Assembly: GCF_011386835.1 (NCBI RefSeq)
Contig: NC_088797.1
Location: 29,574,001-29,638,000 of the forward strand
DNA: 64,000 nt
Direction: 5' to 3'
Source: Chrysemys picta bellii
Lineage: Eukaryota
Part shown: positions 57,601 to 64,000 of the stretch, piece by piece
How the letters are laid out: the number at the start of each line of letters is the position of its first letter
Numbering within the stretch: position 1 is the stretch's first letter
Notes under the pieces: model-generated
Databases searched by the model: none
What the model was told of the DNA's origin: nothing
The model's input: only the letters and a program-made list of their open reading frames with translations
Translations under genes and position numbers: made by a program

Positions 57601-60158
57601 CACCTCCTGCAGGGGGTGACAGGGAGCCAGAGAGCCGAGGGGTGCCCCACACATCGCCCCACGGTGGGGGCGTCTACGTGGGCTGGGCTAAGTGCTAACA
57701 TGGTCACTGCTGCAGGGGGAGGAACCTGTGAGGGCTGTGCCACTCTCCACTGAGTGTGGGAGGGACTGCATGCCGTGCCACTCTCTGTGGTACTGTGGTG
57801 GGGGGAGGGTTGCACCAGCTGTGCCACTTGCTGCAGTCAGGGTGGGGGGTGAGCTGTGCAGGCCAGGTTACTCTCCGCACTGGGGCTTGGGGGGTGGGGG
57901 GGTGGGTGTGGGTGTGTGTATGACAGAGCCCTGTTGGTGATTTGCTACTCTGTCAGCCACTTCTATCAGGCCCGACACACTCACTACACCTAACACACTG
58001 GTATCATGAGATATCACTGGAAAACTAACTCCCTGCTCATTAATATTCCAGTGTGATGTAGGGCCCAGGTGTGTACAAGGAGTTGGAAGTAAGCACTAGA
58101 ATGATGTTCTTCAGATGGGTTTGGCAAGCAGTGCATAAGGCCAGTCTGCCCTAGGCAAAGGAATGTGTATTTGCTCGGCTGACCGGTCATCAGGCAGAAA
58201 CAGCGAAGAAACCTCTGCGTACAAAGGTGAACAAAACCAGCAGCCTAGCGGGTTGGGGAGAGGCCTCTTAACTATACAGACAGGGGATCTGAACCACAAA
58301 TGATAAGCAACAATGAACTGCTTGTAGATAGTATTCCTGTATTATAAAAGTATAACGAGGAAGGATTCAAGTGGCCAGAGCACTTGAAATCCCAGGCCAC
58401 TGGGTCCTCCAGCCAAGCGGTTGAAGTACCCGGGAACTGAGTTTAGGTGAGGACCCTGCTCAGGCAAGGGTTGTAACTCGCTGAAGTGAAGTGTCAGTCA
58501 TAGAAGCACAGGTGTAACCATTTATCTTCACTCCTCTTACAGGTACCCTTTAAACCTCCGCCTTTGCCTTCACTAAATGTGTTTTACTATCCACCAGTTC
58601 GGTGCTGGGACTGCCATAAGAGCGTTTGTCAAACCCCAGTGAAGTCAGTGAGCGGCCCTGGATTGTCCCTCTGAAGGAACAACGAACTTCCTTACTTCAG
58701 TGAGTGTTGCAGGAGAGGGCTGGACAGTGCAGGACTGTCTGGGGGAAAGTCGGGACGGGAGGAGAGGGTGTTGGGGTCACTGGGGGTGGAAGGCAGGGTG
58801 TGACCTGCATGGTGGTAGCCTGGCTGTTGGTGTCAGGACTGTGAACCACAGCAGCAGAGCACCGAAGGCACCCAGAGCTGCAGGACAGGCATTAGTCCTG
58901 ATTGTCACTTGGAGATCTGTGCAGGGCCCATAGATTTCTGGGGAGATGGGATCTGATAGAGGCACACATGCTTTCCCTGCTCCCCAGGGGGGTTCACTCC
59001 CCCACCCCTGCATGCAGTGGGTCCTGGCTCACCTTCAGCCCTGACACCCCGGTGATGAGCGCCTCGTCAGCTGACTTGACGATGTTCCGGAAGAAGCCAC
59101 CCAGCAGCTCCTTGCGGTTCTTGCCACGCACACTGAGCTGCAAGGAAAGGGAGTGCCAGGTGTGGGGGGTGGGGAGAGGGCCCCCCAGGACCCTCTGCAC
59201 CTCACATCCCTCCCAGCCCAGCACAGGGGCTGCCCACAGCCAGAGATAATATGAGCATTAGGGGAGGGATCTGTGCAGGCCAGGGTTGGAAGGGAGAGGG
59301 GGACAGGGCAGTGGGGGAAGAAGGAGGTGGCCCCCTCACCTCCCTGGCTCCTTCCAGGCCCTGTGCTCCTCACGTTGTGGGGGGCAATTCCCCACATGGC
59401 CCCCCCTTGTTGGTGGGAGGTGGGGGAGACGGGAATGGCCTCAAATTGGGTACCAGGGGCCTGTGCCAGGGAGACAAGCAGCTCAGCAGGGGTGCGGGGG
59501 TTGCAGCTCAGCAGTGGAGAAGGAGTAGTGGGGGGTGGCTCATTGGGGAGGAGGTGGGGGGTTCAGCAGGGGAGAGGAGCGCTGGGGGGCCAGGGGCAGG
59601 TGTTTCAGGAGGCCAGCAGGATCAGAGGGAGGCTCAGGTGGGTGGGGGGGTCAGGGAGCTCACTCAGGGGTGGGGTGCTGGGGGGCTCACGTCTTGGTCG
59701 TATTCCAGGAAGACATAGAAGTTGTGGTCCCGGCGTAGGACGGGATGGGCTGCCAGGCGCTGCAGGAACACCTCGTGCATTGCCACCGTCTTTTTGAAGA
59801 TGGCCAGGTACTCGCTGCGGGAGACAGGCGGGTGAACATCTGCAGGGACCGTGTCTCGGTACTGACTCCCTGGACCACCCCCACTGCCTCCCTGTACTGC
59901 CCCCCCTGCAGTGCCCCCTACTAACCCCTCTGTATCACCTTTCGCGGATTGCCTGTACTGCCTCCATGGCACAGCACCCCCTAGTGCCACACTGGGGCAT
60001 TGAGGTCAGCCCCCACCCTCCCCTGGTGTCACTCACCCCTCCAGCTCCTGCTTCATCTTGGCGAACTCCTCCCGCGTCAGGGTGCTGTTCCCCTCCCCAA
60101 GGCGCTGCAGCTTCTCCCGTGATGCCTCGAAGTCAGGCCTGGGGGGTGCAGGGGGGAT
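54634..60158 (-). CDS. SNX32: Sorting nexin-32 (SNX5/6 PX-BAR family), last 10 coding exons, 319 aa; N-terminal exons not found in the window
   Basis: Exons (minus) 60158-60037, 59814-59691, 59137-59033, 57606-57501, 57091-57016, 56390-56351, 55918-55832, 55691-55532, 55412-55327, 54687-54634, total 960 nt with phases consistent. [23 protein letters not shown]...[24 protein letters not shown]...[16 protein letters not shown]...LIVLKGDA*. Tail-to-tail with CFL1, as in human. Confidence 0.93.
58057..58699 (+). mobile_element. Solo LTR (ERV/Gypsy type), 643 bp, in a SNX32 intron
   Basis: TGTAG...CTTCA termini, a 4-bp TSD GTGA (58053-58056 and 58700-58703), TATAAAAG at 58343-58350, and an abrupt drop in GC relative to the flanks. 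Confidence 0.75.
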
Positions 60159-61012
60159 CTGGGCCGGGGTTGGTGGGGGAAGAACCAGGAGAAATATTAG
60201 CTCTGAACCCCTCCTTCAGCCTCTCAAACCTCTGTGATCCCATGGCCCCCTGATACTAGCTGTGGGGCAGGCTGGGGGAAAAGGGAGGAGCAGGGCAGGC
60301 CACGGGTGAAGGTGGAGCTGATGGGGGCTCATGGTTGAGGCATGGGGGTGAAAGGGCAGAGCTAAGGGGGCCTCACAGTTGGGAGAGGGGAGTGAAGCTG
60401 GCAGGGGGCTAATGGTTGGGACAAGGGAGGCTGGGAGGTGGAGCTGGAGGGGCTGAGAAAGGATTCACAGCCAGAAGCTATGGGGCGGGGGGAGGTCTCA
60501 GAGCAGGAAGGCAAAGGGCTCAGATGTCCTGTTGGGGGATGATGCCTCGGGCTAGGGCAGGGCCATTGGGGGGTTCCATTAGGGGCAGGATGTCAATGAT
60601 TAAAGGATCCCCCTCCTCTAGAAACACTCTTCCTTCTCCACACACCCCTGCCTCCCTTACAGTGATCCTGTGTCTCCTCCTGCACCCCAAGCTCCATGCG
60701 CTTACAATTCACAGATTCACTGATCGGGAGCCCACTGTGATCATCTAATCCTCCTGGATAACACAGGCCATAGGACTGCCTGGAATTAACTCCTGGTTGA
60801 GTATGAGCATTGACAGCTAATAGCAACAATGATGTTCCGTTTCATACAGTTCCACAGAGGGGCAACCATTGCATTGAAATGCTTCAGGGTTGATAAGCAT
60901 CATGATGAAGTGATCTCTAATAGGTAAGTGGTGGCGATTTCCAAGGAGTACTCTACATTGGATGGCCAGCTGTCTAGTGCAGGGGAAGAGTGGACTCTTT
61001 TTAGGATGCTAT

Positions 61013-61210
61013 TGTAAACCATACACCTCCTGGGTGTGGTGTTCTGTCCCATCTAGTGGCACCAAGACCACGTAGAGAGAGAGAGATTAGTGAGTTTTCT
61101 CCACAGCCTCAGCTAAGAGCCATGTGGCTTTTAGCTCATGCAGTAAAGACTCATGCACTAAGCTTCAGAGGTCCCAGGTTTGAAGACGACCAGCGTCTGT
61201 CGGTGTTACA
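61013..61210 (+). mobile_element. 198-bp solo LTR containing a tRNA-like sequence (Helenus-type TRIM candidate)
   Basis: TGT...ACA ends and a 4-bp TSD CTAT (61009-61012 and 61211-61214). A-box-like TAGCTCATGCAGTAAAG (61132-61148) and T-arm/B-box-like GAGGTCCCAGGTTTGAA (about 61168-61184). Confidence 0.75.
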
Positions 61211-62189
61211 CTATCACCGAGATTGCTGGAGAACCACTTGGACTAAGGAGAATGAAAAAGCAACCCGGATTACAGATGATACCATCAAATTTTGGGACAG
61301 AAAAAAAAAGGTGCTGTGCAGAATGGATGCACTGGAAGGTTAGAGTCAAGTCAGTGAAGGGAGGAGGAAATGGGCAATAGAGGGAAACAAATGTCTTGAC
61401 TGAGGAGTCAAGAGAACCTGTCGGAATGATCATAATCAATGGTGGAACAGTTTCGCACAGCACATTGAGGAAGCTTCTGAAAGACGTGACCAGAAAGGTG
61501 TATTTGAGATTTTGATGTTCCTCACTGGATGTCCATTCTCTCAGCTTCTGAGCGTTAAGGACAAAAATGGAGAATACTGCCAGGATATCGGTGCACCACT
61601 TAAAAGTTGGTGGGAGCATTTTTGTGAATTGATTCACTGCCAAGATGTAAACTACAACTTAATTAAAAAATGAACCCAGGAGAAAATGGGCAGGTGACCT
61701 TAGAGGAAATGATGCTTGCGGTCAAACAGTTATGACATGATAAAACACCTGGTTTTGACCATATTTCATTAGAACTGCTAAAGAGTGGAGACCTGGATTG
61801 AATTCAGTTGTCTGAATAGTTTGGGAACCCGGTCACATTCCAGAAGACTGGAAAGGAGGCTGAATCCTCCCTTTTTTCAAAAAAGAGTGATCAGCTTGCT
61901 CAAATTGCCGGGGAATAACACTGCTGTCAGTCCCAGGGAAGGTGTTTACCATCACGTTACTGAGCCAGCTGAAATACTGTCTCACCCCAAACATGAGAGC
62001 CAACCCTTGTGGTTTCTGCCCAGGTTGAACTACAATCCAGCTATCTGTGCTCTGTGAAATGTTACTGAAAAACAACAAAAGGACGTTAACACCACATTTA
62101 AAGACTCTCCAGCTGCTTTTGACTCCACTGTGAACACTTCTGTGCCAGGATGGGGTGCCTGAAGACTTGGGGTGAAAGATCCACACTCC

Positions 62190-62432
62190 TGAGAGAAGTA
62201 GCTATGGCAACCTACCCCCCAGTGTAGCCAGCACTAGGTCATAGAATCATAGGGTTAGAAAGAACCACATGGGCCATCTAGACTAACCTCCTGCCTAGAT
62301 GCAGGGTTTGAATTCTTCTTCAACCTAGCTACTGCATCTCAGGGAGGTGGATTACCTATGCCAATAAGAGAAGTCCTCTCGTCAATATAGGACGTGATGC
62401 CACTGTAGCAATTTAAGTGCAGACATACCCTT
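62190..62432. mobile_element. Nested fragments: reverse CR1 3' tail (about 62238-62310) and a MITE-like piece ending GTGCAGACATACCC
   Basis: CATAGAATCATAG is the CR1 octamer tail in reverse. These pieces interrupt the RTE reading frame. Confidence 0.55.
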
Positions 62433-62951
62433 AGTGTGCCTGGTGGAGAAACTGTACCATGGTACATTTAGCTGCGTGAAGGTCAATGGTTGTATTACAG
62501 ACTGGTTTTCAGTAGAATCAGGGGTACACTAGGGATATGTTCTCTCACCTACATAATCTAATGTTCTGATAGACTATCTGACAATAAAACTGACTGTAGG
62601 AGAGGTGAAATTGAGAGATTCATCTTTAGATGATCTTTACCATGCTGATATTAATGCCTTACTTGGAGAGATTACTGGCCAACTACAGCTAATGCTGGGA
62701 GAGCTGTGAAAAACAGCAGAATCTCTGGGACTTAGGGTCAATGGTGATCAAACCAAAGCTATGCAGGCTTCCTACAAAACAGAAACGAATGACCTGCAAA
62801 TGATGCATGTAGACAGCAATGACATTGACTGGGTGAATAGGTTTATCTATCTGGGTAATCACTGGACAGTACGAGGCTCTATATCCAAAGAAGTCACACG
62901 TTGGATTGGTCTTGCATGCAAGGCATTTCGGTGTCTTCAAAGGCCTCTGGG

Positions 62952-63273
62952 CAGGGGTGCTGGAACAATTTGTATAGTGGGGGTCAGGGCAGGCGCAACC
63001 CATTAGGCAACCTAGGCGGTCACCTAGCGTGCTACAATTTGGGGGGCGGCAACCACGGCGGTATTTCGGCGGCGGGACCTTCCGCCGCCTCTGTGGGGGG
63101 TGGTATTTTGGGGCGGGACCTCCCGCCACCTACGGCGGCAGAAAAGCTGGTGGTGCTCCTGGTGGGGGTGCTGAGAGCCATTGAACCAAACTGTCAACCC
63201 TGTATAGAATGGAAACCACTTCAAGCCACGGGGTGCGGCAGCACCCCCAGCATCCCTAGTTCCAGCACCCATG
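62952..63273. mobile_element. hAT MITE inserted in the RTE
   Basis: TIRs CAGGGGTGCTGGAAC / GTTCCAGCACCCATG (1 mismatch). Perfect TSD CCTCTGGG at 62944-62951 and 63274-63281. Confidence 0.92.
62985..63161. mobile_element. Second hAT-type MITE nested inside the 62952-63273 MITE
   Basis: CAGG...CCTG ends. Perfect TSD GTGGGGGT at 62977-62984 and 63162-63169. Confidence 0.85.
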
Positions 63274-63759
63274 CCTCTGGGTAGCAGGATGTCCATGTGA
63301 CAACTAAGATACAAGTGTTCAATGTGGTAGTGATGAGAACTCTGTTGTATGGAGCAGAAACATGGCCGTGAAAAACAGGCGAAGAGAGGAAACTAAACAG
63401 TTGTCAGTGTCAAAACATCCACTGGTTTGATTTTGTCACAAACAAAGAGATACTTAGATGACCCCGGCAAGTTGCAATCTTGCATCCGCTGAGAAGAAGA
63501 CTCTAGTGGTGTGGTCATCACATGGAGAAGAAGGTGTGCTTTTACAGAAGCTTAATAGACTTGAGGTCAAAGAAAGTAGAGCATGAGACCAACCACAAAT
63601 GAGGTTGGAAGATGCAATTTTGAAGGATCTAAGAAGCCTAAATCCTCCCATGCTGACTCTTGCTGAAGGAAAAAGACTTGCAAGGGACTATTCAGGTTGG
63701 AAGTTAATTTTATATGCACCACTGCTACATCACAGCCATGTGAATCTGCTGCTGCTGTG

Positions 63760-63960
63760 AATTAGAGCAGACTAGAAAAACACCCAGTCTTGACTGGAAA
63801 ATGTCCAGTGATGGAGAATCGACCCCAGCTCTTGGTAAATTGCTCCATTGGTTCATTCCCCCCACTGGTACAAATTTGCACCCTATTTCCAGTCTGAAGT
63901 TGTCTGGCTTCAACTTCCAGCCCATGGATCTTGTTAGACCTTTATTTGCAGACTAGGAGC
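63760..63960 (-). mobile_element. Old CR1 3' fragment
   Basis: Translation KLKPDNFRLEIGCKF...NQWSNLPRAGVDSPSLDIFQSRL is a CR1 ORF2 C-terminus. Confidence 0.85.
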
Positions 63961-64000
63961 AAGACACCAATTAACCGTCTTCTTGGTTAAACTAAGCAGA

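Larger units (their letters stand above)
60830..63720 (+). mobile_element. Highly decayed RTE-clade LINE ORF2 with several nested insertions
   Basis: Fragments read EEWTLF..TEIAGEPLG...TDDTIK, KTPGFDHISLELLK, IPEDWK, ESGVH*GYVLSPT (about GVRQGCVLSP), YHAD, RWIGLACKAFRCLQRPL...TTKIQVFNVVVMRTLLYGAETWP. Many stops and frameshifts. Confidence 0.8.

Noticed and set aside
61125-61195. Functional tRNA gene
   Set aside because: The B box is broken, there is no acceptor stem or oligo-T terminator, and it is embedded in an LTR-like element.
60830-63720. ORFs at 61056-61643 and 62689-63314 as host genes or SNX32 exons
   Set aside because: They are fragments of a decayed RTE and its nested inserts. None matches the expected SNX32 N-terminal PX sequence.

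Overview
Vertebrate genomic DNA, very GC-rich. It is most likely a turtle, inferred from the CR1 subtype and the hAT-MITE and repeat repertoire. The window is the orthologue of the human 11q13.1 block, with six protein-coding genes in order: CCDC85B (-, single coding exon), FIBP (+, 10 coding exons, 357 aa), EFEMP2/fibulin-4 (+, 10 coding exons, 444 aa), MUS81 (-, 16 coding exons, about 597 aa with one apparent homopolymer frameshift), CFL1 (+, 166 aa) and the 3' ten exons of SNX32 (-). I reconstructed the exons by hand from GT/AG signals and from protein sequences as I recall them. CTSW, which lies between FIBP and EFEMP2 in human, is not visible. Mobile DNA: a young CR1 with an intact ORF2 3' half, L2 and RTE relics, at least nine hAT-type MITEs (most with 8-bp TSDs, two of them nested), a 643-bp solo LTR, a 198-bp tRNA-containing solo LTR with a CTCF-like site, and a short Penelope-like end with a decayed hammerhead motif. 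Several dispersed minisatellite families fill the introns. The best leads are the tRNA-bearing mini-LTR, a duplicated 'poison' acceptor in FIBP, gene-co-oriented G-rich repeats beside splice sites, the MUS81 exon-4 frameshift, and a CArG/CCAAT/TATA plus ZNF143/YY1 module upstream of CFL1. No CRISPR array, rRNA or genuine tRNA gene was seen. Most ORF-track entries are GC-rich shadow ORFs.
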